From: an uncultured delta proteobacterium
GTDB taxonomy: Bacteria; Myxococcota_A; Polyangia; Polyangiales; JAFGIB01
NCBI GenBank assembly: GCA_963778655.1
Contig: CAVZVA010000010.1
Span: 704,001-768,000 of the forward strand
Reading direction: 5' to 3'
DNA: 64,000 nucleotides
Made by a program: the position numbers and the translations under genes. Below are positions 11,301 to 23,805 of the stretch, one piece after another. The stretch's first letter is position 1. The number at the start of each line of letters is the position of its first letter. The notes below the pieces were generated by a model. The model did no database searches and was not told where the DNA came from. It was given only the letters and a program-made list of their open reading frames with translations.

Positions 11301-12938
11301 ATGCCCACCCCAGCCACGCCCCCCACGATTGAGGATGCCAGCACGGTGATCGAGGCCGCCTGCGAGCTGACCGGCGCAGCTGTAGCCAGCGCATCCGAGC
11401 TGACCCGCCGCGGCGAGGCGATCGACGACCACCAGGTTCTGGTCGATCGTGTCGCCTACGCCGCCACCGAGACCCGCGCCGCGACCGAGCTGCTGGCGGC
11501 TGCGCGCGCGCACACGGTCCTGCACCCGCTGGCGATCGCCGCCGCGGCCGATCTGGCGCGCAGCGCCCGCGACCGGCTCGAGCCGAGCGCCGAGGAGCTC
11601 GCGCTCGACCCCGCGCTCGCGGCCTTTTCCGCGAGCACCCAGGGCGTGCTGCGGCGCGCGGGCCGCGAGACGCTGGTGCGCGCCAACGGGCGCGCGGTGG
11701 CGCAGAGCGCGGGCCGCAACGCGTGGCCGCTCGACACCACGCTCTCCGAGGTGCGCGGCGCGGTGCGCCAGTTCGCCGAGCGCGAGGTCGCGCCGCAGGC
11801 CGAGCACATCCACCGCGACGACTTGCTGATCCCCGAGCGCTTCATCACCGCGATGGGCGAGCTCGGCTACTTCGGGCTTTCGGTGCCGGAGCAGTACGGC
11901 GGCCACGAGCTCGGCAACCTGGCCATGATCCTGACCACCGAGGAGCTGTCGCGCGCCTCGCTGGCGGCAGCCGGCTCGCTGATCACGCGGCCCGAGATCC
12001 TCGCCAAGGCACTGCTCGCCGGCGGCACCGAAGAGCAGAAGCGACTGTGGTTGCCGCGCATTGCCAGCGGCGAGCGCATGGTCGCCATCTCGGTGACCGA
12101 GCCGAACATCGGCAGCGACGTGGCTGCGGTGAGCTGCCGCGCCACGCACGCGACGCAGGACGGCGTCGAGGGCTTCCTGATCGAAGGCGCCAAGGCTTGG
12201 TGCACGTTCGCCGGCCGCGCCGACGTGATCGCGCTGCTGGCGCGCACCGACCCCGACGCCAAGCGCGGCGCGCGCGGGCTCTCGCTGTTCATCGTGGAAA
12301 AGCCGTCGTTTCCCGGCCACGAGTTCGTCGCCACCCAGGCGCACGGCGGCAAGCTCGACGGCAAGGCCGATCGCACGCCGGGCTACCGCGGCATGCACAG
12401 CTACACGCTGGCCTTCGACCGCTGGTTCGTACCCGCGAGCAACCTGGTCGGCGGCAAAGAAGGCGAAGGCAAGGGCTTCTATCTGCAGATGGCGGGCTTT
12501 GCAGCTGGCCGGTTGCAGACCGGCGGCCGCGCCTGCGGCGTGGCCCAGGCGGCGCTGGAGAAGACCGCCGAGTACGTGACGCAGCGCAGCCAGTTCGGCC
12601 ACCCGATCATCGAGTTCCCGCTGACGCAGTATCACCTGGGTCGCATGGCGCATCGGCTCGCGGCCGCTCGCGCCATCACTTACGCAGCAGCGCGGGCGAT
12701 GGACGAGGACGAGCGCAAGGCCGCGCCGCTCGCGGCCCAGGCCAAGCTGTTCGCCTGCGACGTCGCCGTGGAGGTCACCCAGCTCGGCCAGCTGCTGCAC
12801 GGCGGCTGGGGTTACGCCGAGGAGTACGCGATCAGCCGCTACGTGGTCGACGCGCAGGTGCTGCCGATCTTCGAGGGGGTCAAGCCGATCCTCGCGCTCA
12901 AGGTGGTGGGCCGCGCGCTGCTGAGCGGCGCGGCGTAG
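11301..12938 (+). CDS. Acyl-CoA dehydrogenase with N-terminal extension
   Basis: [38 protein letters not shown]. Confidence 0.92.
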   Translation: MPTPATPPTIEDASTVIEAACELTGAAVASASELTRRGEAIDDHQVLVDRVAYAATETRAATELLAAARAHTVLHPLAIAAAADLARSARDRLEPSAEELALDPALAAFSASTQGVLRRAGRETLVRANGRAVAQSAGRNAWPLDTTLSEVRGAVRQFAEREVAPQAEHIHRDDLLIPERFITAMGELGYFGLSVPEQYGGHELGNLAMILTTEELSRASLAAAGSLITRPEILAKALLAGGTEEQKRLWLPRIASGERMVAISVTEPNIGSDVAAVSCRATHATQDGVEGFLIEGAKAWCTFAGRADVIALLARTDPDAKRGARGLSLFIVEKPSFPGHEFVATQAHGGKLDGKADRTPGYRGMHSYTLAFDRWFVPASNLVGGKEGEGKGFYLQMAGFAAGRLQTGGRACGVAQAALEKTAEYVTQRSQFGHPIIEFPLTQYHLGRMAHRLAAARAITYAAARAMDEDERKAAPLAAQAKLFACDVAVEVTQLGQLLHGGWGYAEEYAISRYVVDAQVLPIFEGVKPILALKVVGRALLSGAA

Positions 12939-13053
12939 CCCACTTCCCGCGGGGCGCGCCACGCCCGCGCGTGCTCGAGCGACGACCTGCGTCGGGGCGC
13001 GCGCCCCTTGCGCGCAAGCCGCTACGCTTTCGCGCGCGTCTTCGCGCTTGCTA

Positions 13054-14187
13054 TCACTTCTTGGGAGCCGGCGCAGCCGCAGTCGTGGGCCTGGCAGGCG
13101 GGGCGACCGCGGCCGCCGGCTTGGCGCCGGCCGCGAGCGCAGCCGCCGGCTTCACGGCGCTCACAGCCGGAGTCGCCTTGGGCGCGGCCGCCACCTTCGT
13201 GGCCTTGGGCGCGGCCGTGGCCACCGCCGCCGGCTTGGCCGAAACCGCCTTCGCCGCGGCTGCGGCGGCCTTCGCGGCCTGGGCCTGTTGCTTCTTCACC
13301 GCCACCGCCGTCGCGGCCGCCGCCTTCTTGGCATTCCTGACCAGTCGGTCCACGTCGCGGTCGAACGCCTTCTCGTCGGTCTGCATGCCGTTGAGCCAGG
13401 TGCTCCAGTGGCGCGTGATCGCCGCCATCGCCACCGCCTCGTTGATCTCGCGCTCGGAGGCGCCCTGCAAACGCGCAAACGCGGTGTCGGAGACGATGCA
13501 GTAGCGACATGGAATCTGCGAGGCCACGCCCAGGCTGATCAGGCTCTTGTACTTGCCGGAGATCGCGGTCGAAGGGCTCATCTCGACGTCGCGCTCTTCC
13601 TTCCACGCGCCGGCCAGCCCCTCGGCCGGAAACTTCTTGATGAAGTCGGGCACGCTGCCGAACGACTGCTGGGCTTCCCGCATGGCGCTGGCCGCATCGG
13701 TGACGTTGATCGGCTTGGGCGGCGCGGCCCCCGCCTGCTTGGCGTGCTCCACCCACTGCGCCACCTCGGCCCTGAACTTGATCAAATTCGTGTCCGTGCC
13801 CTGGATGAACGCGCTCCAGTGCCGCGTGAGCGCCGCCATCACCACGGCCTCCTTGATCTCGGTCTCGCTCGCGCCGTTGAGCTTGGCGAGCTCGGTATGG
13901 GCGTACGCGCAGTACTTGCACGGCACCTGCGCCGCCACGCCCAGGCCGATCAGCTCCTTGATCTTGGCCGGCAGCGCGGTGTTGGGATTCAGCTGCAGGT
14001 TCTTCATCTCTTCCCAAGCGCCCGGCAGCGCCACATCGGGCAGCGCGCTCAGAAAGCCCGGCACGAAGCCGAGGCTCGCCTTGATGTCGGCGCGCGCCGC
14101 ATCGGCGGCCGCCTTGGGGTCCTGGGCCCAACCGGTGACCGGCAACAGGACGAGCCACAGCGCACACGCCAAACCTCTTCGGTTCAT
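13054..14187 (-). CDS. Exported tandem AhpD/carboxymuconolactone decarboxylase-family protein with Ala/Lys/Pro-rich tail
   Basis: Signal peptide; two repeats [17 protein letters not shown] and [17 protein letters not shown]; real start MNRRG at 14187. Confidence 0.85.
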   Translation of the reverse strand: MNRRGLACALWLVLLPVTGWAQDPKAAADAARADIKASLGFVPGFLSALPDVALPGAWEEMKNLQLNPNTALPAKIKELIGLGVAAQVPCKYCAYAHTELAKLNGASETEIKEAVVMAALTRHWSAFIQGTDTNLIKFRAEVAQWVEHAKQAGAAPPKPINVTDAASAMREAQQSFGSVPDFIKKFPAEGLAGAWKEERDVEMSPSTAISGKYKSLISLGVASQIPCRYCIVSDTAFARLQGASEREINEAVAMAAITRHWSTWLNGMQTDEKAFDRDVDRLVRNAKKAAAATAVAVKKQQAQAAKAAAAAAKAVSAKPAAVATAAPKATKVAAAPKATPAVSAVKPAAALAAGAKPAAAVAPPARPTTAAAPAPKK

Positions 14188-14379
14188 CGGGGGGTCCCTC
14201 CTCCAAGAATGGGGGCGTCCATGAAAGCAACGAATGGGGGCGTGCGCAACGCCCATCACGCCGCGGCTCGGCAGGGCCGAGGCGTGTCCACGGGCTGCCG
14301 GCCGCCGCCCCTGCGCCCTCGGCAGCGAGGGGGACGCGGGATGCGTGACCGCGTGGAATCGGCTAGGACGAAGCGCTCG

Positions 14380-16419
<2,040 letters not shown>

Positions 16420-16536
16420 GACCCGTCGGGAACGCGCACCGGACCGTGGCTGCCGGCCCCGAAGGACGGCGCCAAGCCGAGCACAGCACCAGACCCCGGC
16501 TTGAGCACGCCTACACCGCAAGCTAGGCTGACCGCG

Positions 16537-18348
16537 ATGCGAGGGTTGCTGTGCGGTGCGGCGGCGATGCTGGCCGTGTGCGTGGTCGTGGCCCCCGCTG
16601 CATCGCAGGACGCCGGCTCGTCGCTCGGCCTGATCGAGCTCCACTTTACCCCGGTTCGCTACGCCCAGCTTGCGCTGTGGATCGAGCAGAACGACCAGCT
16701 ACTGGCCACCGTGCGCCTGACCGAAGCGGTCGCCTACCGCGGGATCGGCAACCGGCCCGGCGCCTCGGAGATGAACAGCGGCTTTCGCTGGCCGTACGGG
16801 CGGCGCGAAGGTGCGCTGCCGATCTGGGCCACCCGGCGCGCCGCCGCGCCCGGCGCCAAGCAGTTCCGGCGCGTGATCTTTCAGGACCGCCGCAGCGAGG
16901 GCTACGCCTCGCGCACCAGCACCGACTATTCTCCCGACGATTACTACTGCTTGTCGTTCGATCGCACGCACTCCACCAAGGACGCGCTCGACGCCGTGAG
17001 CTGCGCCAGCGCGTTCAACAGCGACAAGGGTCGCTTCGTCACCGACGCCGACGTGGCCGCGGGGTACGCCGAGCCCTATGAGCACCCGGGCACGCGCACC
17101 GGCGAGATGCGCCCGCTGTCGCTGTTCTCGCTGTATCCGCCGCGCCGCGACCTGACGCCCTGCGGCAGTAGCTCCGGCTGCTATGAGCACGCGGACGTCG
17201 CCAGCTTCGCCGCCGAGGCGGCGGAGGTGATGCCGGACCTCGACGCGGTGACGATGGCGACCCCGCCCGGCGGAATCGAGCAACAGATCCTGTTCTCGGC
17301 GCCTGCCAACTGGCAGCCGGGTGACTACCGCGCGTGCATCGAGGCCAACGTCGAGGGCGATTACAACGACACCTTCAACGACAAGACCCTGCCCACGCCC
17401 ACCGGCCCGGGGCAGAGCCAGAGCTGGGACAGCTGGGCGACCGGCTACGGCTATCCGTACCGCGGCCAGCCGTCGGTCGTGTACTGCACCGACTTCCACC
17501 TGGGCAACCAGACGCAGCAGACCTTCAGCACCGACACGCCCGCGGGCAGCGCCGGCGGCTGGGAGGTGATGGACCCCACCTACGGCACGCTGCAGCCGAT
17601 GACGGGCATGACCGACGATCCGGTGAACGCGCCCGGCAGCGGGGCGGACCGCTTGCAGCTGATGGACGACGGCTATCGCTTCAAGGTGGTGGTCAAGCCC
17701 TCGCTCGCCTGCATGCACGACCAGCCGCCCTCGGCCGTCCACGATCTGCGCGTGAGCCCGTACTCCGACAAGCTGCACGCGCACGAATGGGCGCATCTGA
17801 GCTTCCGCGCGGCCTCCGATGACCAGGGCATCTTCCGCTACGACGTGCGCGTCGCAGCCGATCCCGAGCAGATCACCGACGACGCCTCGTTCACCGCCGC
17901 GATGTCGGCCAAGCAGGCCACGCTCGACGCCCCCGCGCTGGTGGTCCCCGTCAACGCGGCGCCCGGCGGCAACGTGGAGGTCGACTTCGGCGGGCTCAAC
18001 CAGCTCACGCGCTACACGGTGGCCGTGCGCGCGATCGACGGCTGCAATGGCGCCGGACCGATCAGCACCGCCGAGATCACCACGCCCCAGCGCGTGTTCG
18101 CCACCGTCACCCCCTGCTTCGTGGCAACCGCGGCCTATGGCAGCGCGCTGGCCAAGGATGTCGGGGTGCTGCGCCGCTTCCGCGACCGCCAGCTGCAGAA
18201 CGACCGGCTCGGCCGCGCGCTGGTTTCCACGTACTACCGGGTGGGTCCGGCGCTGGCCGACCTGATCCGCGACCGCGACGGGCTGCGCGCCGCGGTCCGC
18301 GCGGCGCTGCGGCCGGCGGTTGCGCTCGCTCGCTGGCTCGATCCTTAG
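16537..18348 (+). CDS. Secreted protein with FN3-like domain and C-terminal CFI-box-CTERM-like domain
   Basis: Signal peptide; TRYTVAVRAIDGC (FN3); CFVATAAYGS...VLRRFRD...GRALVSTYYRVGP. Confidence 0.75.
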   Translation: MRGLLCGAAAMLAVCVVVAPAASQDAGSSLGLIELHFTPVRYAQLALWIEQNDQLLATVRLTEAVAYRGIGNRPGASEMNSGFRWPYGRREGALPIWATRRAAAPGAKQFRRVIFQDRRSEGYASRTSTDYSPDDYYCLSFDRTHSTKDALDAVSCASAFNSDKGRFVTDADVAAGYAEPYEHPGTRTGEMRPLSLFSLYPPRRDLTPCGSSSGCYEHADVASFAAEAAEVMPDLDAVTMATPPGGIEQQILFSAPANWQPGDYRACIEANVEGDYNDTFNDKTLPTPTGPGQSQSWDSWATGYGYPYRGQPSVVYCTDFHLGNQTQQTFSTDTPAGSAGGWEVMDPTYGTLQPMTGMTDDPVNAPGSGADRLQLMDDGYRFKVVVKPSLACMHDQPPSAVHDLRVSPYSDKLHAHEWAHLSFRAASDDQGIFRYDVRVAADPEQITDDASFTAAMSAKQATLDAPALVVPVNAAPGGNVEVDFGGLNQLTRYTVAVRAIDGCNGAGPISTAEITTPQRVFATVTPCFVATAAYGSALAKDVGVLRRFRDRQLQNDRLGRALVSTYYRVGPALADLIRDRDGLRAAVRAALRPAVALARWLDP

Positions 18349-18420
18349 GCACCCGCAGCGCAGCTCATCTCTGTTAGAGTGCGCGGCGAGCACGGCCGCC
18401 CCTGAACCCAGCGATCGCCC

Positions 18421-18660
18421 ATGTTGACACCGATTCCACTCAAACGCGCGTTGCTCGGCGCGTGGCTCGCGGCCTGCATCGCCGCGCTGTCCGGCTGCAC
18501 CCATGTGGCCCCGTACCAGCGCGAGTACCTCGCCCGGCCCGGCATGGACGTCAAGGAGCGCGAGGCGCTGCGCTCGCAGTTCTACGCCCACGTGTTCGAA
18601 GCCCGCGAGGGCGCGATGCCCACCTCCGAGCACGCAGGCGGCGGATGCGGCTGCAACTAG
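18421..18660 (+). CDS. DUF4266-family small lipoprotein
   Basis: LSGC lipobox, VAPYQREYLA, terminal GGGCGCN. Confidence 0.88.
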   Translation: MLTPIPLKRALLGAWLAACIAALSGCTHVAPYQREYLARPGMDVKEREALRSQFYAHVFEAREGAMPTSEHAGGGCGCN

Positions 18661-20219
18661 GTGTTAACGGGAGGGGCACGCGCCCCTCCCGCCCCACCGG
18701 CAAAGCCGTTGGGGCCCCTCCCTCCCCCGAGGCTCGCTGCGCTCGCGCGCGCTCGGATTACTGTTCGCCTTCAGGCACGCGCCCCTCCCGCCCCACCGGC
18801 AAAGCCGTTGGGGCCCCTCCCTCCCCCGAGGCTCGCTGCGCTCGCGCGCGCTCGGATTACTGTTCGCCTTCAGGCACGCGCCCCTCCCGCCCCACCGGCA
18901 AAGCCGTTGGGGCCCCTCCCTCCCCCGGGGCTCGCTGCGCTCGCGCGCGCTCGGATTACTGTTCGCCTTCAGGCACGCGCCCCTCCCGCCCCACCGGCAA
19001 AGCCGTTGGGGCCCCTCCCTCCCCCGAGGCTCGCTGCGCTCGCGCGCGCTCGGATTACTGTTCGCCTTCAGGCACGCGCCCCTCCCGCCCGTGGAGGCGC
19101 GCAGCTCGCCTCGGCTGGGCAGTGGTGCTCGGCTGCGTGGGGTTGCTCGCGGCATTGCCTGCTCGTGCGGACGAGAGCAGCGGCACCTGGTCGGGCTCGG
19201 TCGAGGGGCGCGGCAACTACTACTGGGAGCGCTCCACGCGCGTGGTGGTGCCCGACGTCAAAGTGAAGATCGTCTCGCCCAACGGGGTACGCGTGGGAGT
19301 GGGCTACCTGATCGACGCCATCACCAGCGCCAGCATCGCCGCCGCGGTGACCAGCGACCAGGTCAAGACCGAGCTGCGCCACGGCGTTCACGCCGACGTG
19401 GGCAAGGAATTCGACCTCGGCGGATCGCAGCTCGATCTCTCGCTCAACGGCGCCTACAGCACCGAAAACGACTACAAGTCGTTCATCTACGGCCTGATCG
19501 CGAGCCTGACCTGGAACGAGAAGAACACCCGTGTCTCGCTGGCGGCCTCGCGCGTGCAGGACCGCGTGCTGAGCAACGCCGACAAGAGCTTCGAGCGCCC
19601 ACTGACCGGCCTCATGCTCAGCCCGAGCCTGGAGCAGGTGATCTCGCCGGTGCTGGTGGTGTCGCTTTCCTACCAGCTCGGCTATCTGCAGGGCTACCTC
19701 GGCAATCCGTATCGCCGCGCGGTGTTCGACGCCCACGCGCCCGACCGGGAATCCCCGCCCGAAACGCGCTTCCGACACGCGGTCAGCGGACGCTTGATGT
19801 GGCACCTGCCCAGCAGCAACACCTCGCTGCACTTGATCTACACCGCCTACGGCGATTCCTGGGACATCGCCGCGATCAGCCCGGAGCTGCGCATCTACCA
19901 ACAGATCGGTCGCGACCTGCTGCTGCGACCGCGCTATCGCTTCTATGTCCAGACTGCGGCGTATTTCGCGCCACCCCCGAGTGGCAAGTACCCGGCGAGC
20001 TACAAGGACGGGGACCCCACCACCAACGACCCGAAGCTGGTCGCGATGCACACGCACACGCTCGGGCTCGCGGTCGAGTACCGCTTGGGTTTTCTGGCCG
20101 GCGGCGTGCTCGACTTTGCCAAGGACGCGTGGCTCGACATCGGCTTCGACCGCTACTGGTCGAGCACGGCCTTCGGCAACGGCATCATCGGCAGCGCCGG
20201 CGGCCGGCTGACGTTCTGA
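18645..20219 (+). CDS. DUF3570-family outer-membrane beta-barrel protein carrying an in-frame tandem repeat insertion
   Basis: MRLQL start overlapping the GCGCN end of DUF4266; DAITSAS, STENDY, GYLGNPYR, YGDSWDI, RYRFYVQ; terminal Phe. Confidence 0.82.
   Translation: MRLQLGVNGRGTRPSRPTGKAVGAPPSPEARCARARSDYCSPSGTRPSRPTGKAVGAPPSPEARCARARSDYCSPSGTRPSRPTGKAVGAPPSPGARCARARSDYCSPSGTRPSRPTGKAVGAPPSPEARCARARSDYCSPSGTRPSRPWRRAARLGWAVVLGCVGLLAALPARADESSGTWSGSVEGRGNYYWERSTRVVVPDVKVKIVSPNGVRVGVGYLIDAITSASIAAAVTSDQVKTELRHGVHADVGKEFDLGGSQLDLSLNGAYSTENDYKSFIYGLIASLTWNEKNTRVSLAASRVQDRVLSNADKSFERPLTGLMLSPSLEQVISPVLVVSLSYQLGYLQGYLGNPYRRAVFDAHAPDRESPPETRFRHAVSGRLMWHLPSSNTSLHLIYTAYGDSWDIAAISPELRIYQQIGRDLLLRPRYRFYVQTAAYFAPPPSGKYPASYKDGDPTTNDPKLVAMHTHTLGLAVEYRLGFLAGGVLDFAKDAWLDIGFDRYWSSTAFGNGIIGSAGGRLTF
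18668..18691 (+). repeat. REP-like hairpin family I, copy A
   Basis: CGGGAGGGGC-ACGC-GCCCCTCCCG followed by CCCCA. Confidence 0.85.
18675..19091 (+). repeat. Tandem repeat, 4 x 99 bp plus 21-bp partial copy
   Basis: Units start at 18675, 18774, 18873, 18972, 19071; identical except A>G at 18928. Confidence 0.97.
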
Positions 20220-20234
20220 CTCGAGCCTGCACGC

Positions 20235-20783
20235 TCACATGCGAAACACGCTGAAGCGCTGGCGTACCAGCGGCTCGAATTCTTGCAGCGGCAGCACGGG
20301 ATAGCTCGGGTCGAACGCAGCCTGATCCCACTCGTCGGTGAACCGCTCGGCCAGCGCGTACCAGGGCTCGTGCCGGTAGCGCTCGCGCAAGTTGCTCGGC
20401 TGCCCGAAGTGCGCGTAGTAATGACGTCCCTGGAAGTCCTGGTGTGTGAGCACCACCTGGTAGACGTCGTCCGAGACGTACTTGCGCAGGATCGCGGCGG
20501 AGATCTCCGCGTGATTCGGGATCGAGATCGCCTTACCGAGGTCATGGCAGAGCGCAGCCAGCACCACCTCGTCGGAGGCATTCGCGCGCCGCGCCATGGT
20601 CGCGGTCTGCAGCGCGTGGTGAAGCTGGCTCACGCCGAATCCGCCGTACAGATCGCCGAGCTGACGCAGCAACTGCAGGATGCCTTCTGGCACGTCCTGC
20701 TGCGCCTTCTGGGTCTCGAGCGCGATGTGCGACCACTGCTCGAGATTGCTCTCGTCCATACGGGTGAAATGTTGCGGTGCCAT
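20235..20783 (-). CDS. HD-domain metal-dependent phosphohydrolase-like protein
   Basis: SQLHHALQTA, AALCHDLGK, NHAEISA; start MAPQHF after GGAGGAG. Confidence 0.85.
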   Translation of the reverse strand: MAPQHFTRMDESNLEQWSHIALETQKAQQDVPEGILQLLRQLGDLYGGFGVSQLHHALQTATMARRANASDEVVLAALCHDLGKAISIPNHAEISAAILRKYVSDDVYQVVLTHQDFQGRHYYAHFGQPSNLRERYRHEPWYALAERFTDEWDQAAFDPSYPVLPLQEFEPLVRQRFSVFRM

Positions 20784-21137
20784 TGGCTCTCCTCCGTGGT
20801 TCCCAGTATGGCACGTGTCCGGGCCCTTGCATCCGCGGCGGCCCTTGCATCGTGGCCGGGACGATACACATTGAGTGTGTGCGGCCGCACGCGTCACGCG
20901 TCTGCGTGTGACAGCAGAGACGGCCGCATCGTGGCCGGGGCGCGGCGGTCGCAAGGGCACCCCCTCCCAACGACTGCCGCCCCCGCGCCACCTATTTCTG
21001 GCGCGCGAGCCAAGCGCGCGCCGGCGGTGTAGACTGCCGCTTCCGGGCGCGGCGCGGCCGTGCAACGAAGGCCCGGTGTCGAGCTCTCGTCACGGCCGTC
21101 CCTTGCGGCCCCCAACCACGTAGGAAGCGAGCCAAGC

Positions 21138-21641
21138 ATGACCCAAACGCAAACGATCGCCGCCGGCAAGGTGGTGGCGCTGCACTACACCTTGCACGAC
21201 GAAGCCGGCGCGTTGATCGACGGCTCGCAGGGCGAGGATCCGCTCTACTACCTGCACGGCGCCGACAACCTGGTGCCGGGGCTGGAGGCCGCGCTCGAGG
21301 GCCGGGCGGTGGGCGAAAAGCTCAGCGTGACGGTGCCGCCCGAAGAGGGCTACGGCCCCCGCCAGGGCCCGGGACCGCAGGCGGTGCCGCGCGAGGCCTT
21401 TCCCAAGGACGCCGAGATCGAGCAGGGCATGCCCTTCTGCGTCGAGAACGAGCAGGGCGAGGAGATAGACCTGTGGGTCGCGCGGGTGGAAGGCGATCAG
21501 GTTTTCGTCGACGTCAATCACCCGCTGGCCGGCGTCACCCTGTGCTTCGACGTCGAGGTGGTGGAGGTCCGCGATGCCACCGCGGCCGAGCAACTGCACG
21601 GCCATCCCCACGGTCCAGGTAGCGATCAGCACCACGACTGA
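21138..21641 (+). CDS. slyD: FKBP-type peptidyl-prolyl isomerase SlyD
   Basis: VVALHYTL, LHGADNLVPGLEAAL, PEEGYG, VDVNHPLAG, His-rich tail HGHPHG. Confidence 0.93.
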   Translation: MTQTQTIAAGKVVALHYTLHDEAGALIDGSQGEDPLYYLHGADNLVPGLEAALEGRAVGEKLSVTVPPEEGYGPRQGPGPQAVPREAFPKDAEIEQGMPFCVENEQGEEIDLWVARVEGDQVFVDVNHPLAGVTLCFDVEVVEVRDATAAEQLHGHPHGPGSDQHHD

Positions 21642-21663
21642 GCCCCGCGGCTGCTCGATCGCC

Positions 21664-22572
21664 TCAAACCCGCTCGAGCACTTGCTGCAGCTCGGGCGGC
21701 AGCTCCGCGCGCACGTGCAGCTCGGCGCCGCCGTGTGGGTGCGGCAGCCGTAGCTCGGCGGCGTGCAGGAAGTGCCGCTGCAAGCCCTCGAGCTCGGGGC
21801 CGCCGTACAGCGCGTCGCCCGCCAGCGCGTGGCCGAGCGCGGCCAGGTGGGCGCGGATCTGATGGCGCCCGGCGCGCGGCACCCGTGCCTGCACCAGCGA
21901 AAACCTGCCGTGCGGGCGCGCCTCGATCAGCTCGGTCTGCACCGCGCGCGCGCGCCCGAACGCTCGCTCGCGCACGCTTACGCGCCGTCCGTGCGCCGAG
22001 AGCCACGCGGCGTGCAGCGCGGGCGCCGCCACCTGGCCCGCGCACAGCGCCAGGTAGCGCTTGTCGATCGCGCTTGCCTCGAGCAACGCGCGCAGCGCCG
22101 CGAAGGTGCCCGCGTCGCGCGCGACCAGCATCAGGCCCGAGGTGTCCTGGTCGAGGCGGTGGACCAGCCCGGGCTCGCGCGGCGAGTAGCCGACCCCGGC
22201 TAGCTCCGGATAGCGGGCGAGCAGCGCCGACGCGAGCGTGCCGCGCTCGCCGGCGCGCAGCGGGTGCGCGGCCATGCCCGCCGGCTTGTCCACCACGAGC
22301 AGGAACCGGTCCTCGAAGCACACCCGCAGCCGCTGCGCGGCGGCCGCGTCGGGCACGGCAGCCGCGCTCGCAGGCAGCTCGGCCGCGGTGACCCGATCGC
22401 CTTGACGCAGGCGCATCCCTGCCGGCACCCTGCGGCCGTTGACGCGCACCATGCCCGCCTCGATCAGCCTTCGAAGCGCAGCCCGGCCCAGCCCCGCGAA
22501 CCGCTCGCGCATGAAGAGGTCGAGCCGTTGGCCTTCGGCCTCGGGTCCTGCCACGATTTCCTGCGCGCTCAT
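21664..22572 (-). CDS. RluA/RluD-family pseudouridine synthase with S4 domain
   Basis: [36 protein letters not shown]. Confidence 0.92.
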   Translation of the reverse strand: MSAQEIVAGPEAEGQRLDLFMRERFAGLGRAALRRLIEAGMVRVNGRRVPAGMRLRQGDRVTAAELPASAAAVPDAAAAQRLRVCFEDRFLLVVDKPAGMAAHPLRAGERGTLASALLARYPELAGVGYSPREPGLVHRLDQDTSGLMLVARDAGTFAALRALLEASAIDKRYLALCAGQVAAPALHAAWLSAHGRRVSVRERAFGRARAVQTELIEARPHGRFSLVQARVPRAGRHQIRAHLAALGHALAGDALYGGPELEGLQRHFLHAAELRLPHPHGGAELHVRAELPPELQQVLERV

Positions 22573-22622
22573 CGGGGTCGGCTACTCCGCTGACCCTCGA
22601 GGGTGTAGGAGTGACTGAGCCG

Positions 22623-23717
22623 ATGCGAGCGGCAAAGCGCGACTATTATGAGCTTCTGGGCGTGGCCCGCTCCGCCACGGAGGTGGAGGTCAAGGCGGCG
22701 TATCGCAGGCTCGCGATAAAGTATCACCCCGATCACAACCCCGACAATACCGAGGCCGAAGACGCTTTCAAGGACGTCACCGAGGCTTATGCCGTGCTCA
22801 GCGACGCCGAAAAGCGGCGTCGCTACGACCAGCTGGGCCACGCCGGCTTCGGGGGTATCGAGGGCTTCGGGAGCCCGGATCTAGGTAGCATCGGCGATAT
22901 GTTGGAGGGCTTCTTCGACGAGGTGTTCGGTCGCCGCGGCTCGGACCGCATGCCCAAGGACCTGCGCTACAACCTCGAGCTCTGCTTCGAGGAGGCTGCG
23001 CTCGGGGTCGAGAAGGTGATCGAGTACCGGCGCCAGGAGCTGTGCGACCGCTGCCAGGGCCGGCGCGCGGACCCGAGCGCCGCCATGCCCGAGTGCCCGG
23101 CCTGCCGCGGGCGGGGCGAGGTGCGCTTCCAGCGTGGCTTCTTCGTCGCCTCGCGGCCCTGCAGCAGCTGCGAGGGCACGGGCGTGCGCGCCGAGGCCCG
23201 CTGCAGCCAGTGTCGGGGCATCGGCAGCCTAGCCAAGCAACAGCGCCTCACGGTCAAGGTGCCTGCGGGTGTGGAGGACGGCGCGGTGCGGAGCTTGCGC
23301 GGCGCCGGCGAGCAGACGTCCAACGGCAGCGGCGATCTGCACGTGCACATCCGCGTCCACCCGCACCCGCTGTTCACCCGCGACGGCGCCGACATCCACT
23401 GCGAGGTACCGGTCAGCTTCCCGCAGGCCGCGCTCGGCGCGCAGATCGAGGTGCCCACGCTCGAGGGCAAGGTGACGATGAAGCTCCCGCAAGGCACGCA
23501 GTCGGGCAAGCAGTTCCGCCTGCGCGGCAAGGGGCTGCCGGTGTTCGGCGGCTACGGCAAGGGCGACCTGCTGGTCACCGTCTCGGTGGAGGTGCCGCAG
23601 CAGCTCAGCGAACGGCAGCGCGCCTTGATGGAACAGCTGGCCGAGGCGATGGAGAGCGAGGCGCCGCTGCCGCAGCGGCAGGGCTTCCTCGACAAGCTCA
23701 AACACCTGTTCGAGTGA
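22623..23717 (+). CDS. dnaJ: DnaJ chaperone (class A)
   Basis: [11 protein letters not shown] motif, four CxxCxGx(G/R) repeats, [17 protein letters not shown]; start 22611 or 22623. Confidence 0.93.
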   Translation: MRAAKRDYYELLGVARSATEVEVKAAYRRLAIKYHPDHNPDNTEAEDAFKDVTEAYAVLSDAEKRRRYDQLGHAGFGGIEGFGSPDLGSIGDMLEGFFDEVFGRRGSDRMPKDLRYNLELCFEEAALGVEKVIEYRRQELCDRCQGRRADPSAAMPECPACRGRGEVRFQRGFFVASRPCSSCEGTGVRAEARCSQCRGIGSLAKQQRLTVKVPAGVEDGAVRSLRGAGEQTSNGSGDLHVHIRVHPHPLFTRDGADIHCEVPVSFPQAALGAQIEVPTLEGKVTMKLPQGTQSGKQFRLRGKGLPVFGGYGKGDLLVTVSVEVPQQLSERQRALMEQLAEAMESEAPLPQRQGFLDKLKHLFE

Positions 23718-23721
23718 GGCG

Positions 23722-23805
23722 ATGCGCGCGAAAGCCGAGCACGCTGCACGCAGCGAGCGAATTGCGGAGCACGGCCCCGGGCGCCACCCGGCGCGGCGGC
23801 CATGA
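23722..23805 (+). CDS. Putative 27-aa coupling mini-ORF between dnaJ and the T3SS ATPase
   Basis: ATG 4 nt after the dnaJ stop; its TGA overlaps the ATPase ATG (ATGA); MRAKAEHAARSERIAEHGPGRHPARRP. Confidence 0.35.
   Translation: MRAKAEHAARSERIAEHGPGRHPARRP

Noticed and set aside
12939..13053. Further family I copy (GGGGCGCGCGCCCC)
   Set aside because: Only a short GC palindrome; lacks the CGGGAG arms and ACGC loop
13048..14379. N-terminal extension making a 1123-aa UvrB
   Set aside because: Antisense shadow of the AhpD-like gene; UvrB homology begins at MAQRF (14380)
18675..19091. CRISPR array
   Set aside because: Units are head-to-tail and identical, with no unique spacers and no cas genes in the window
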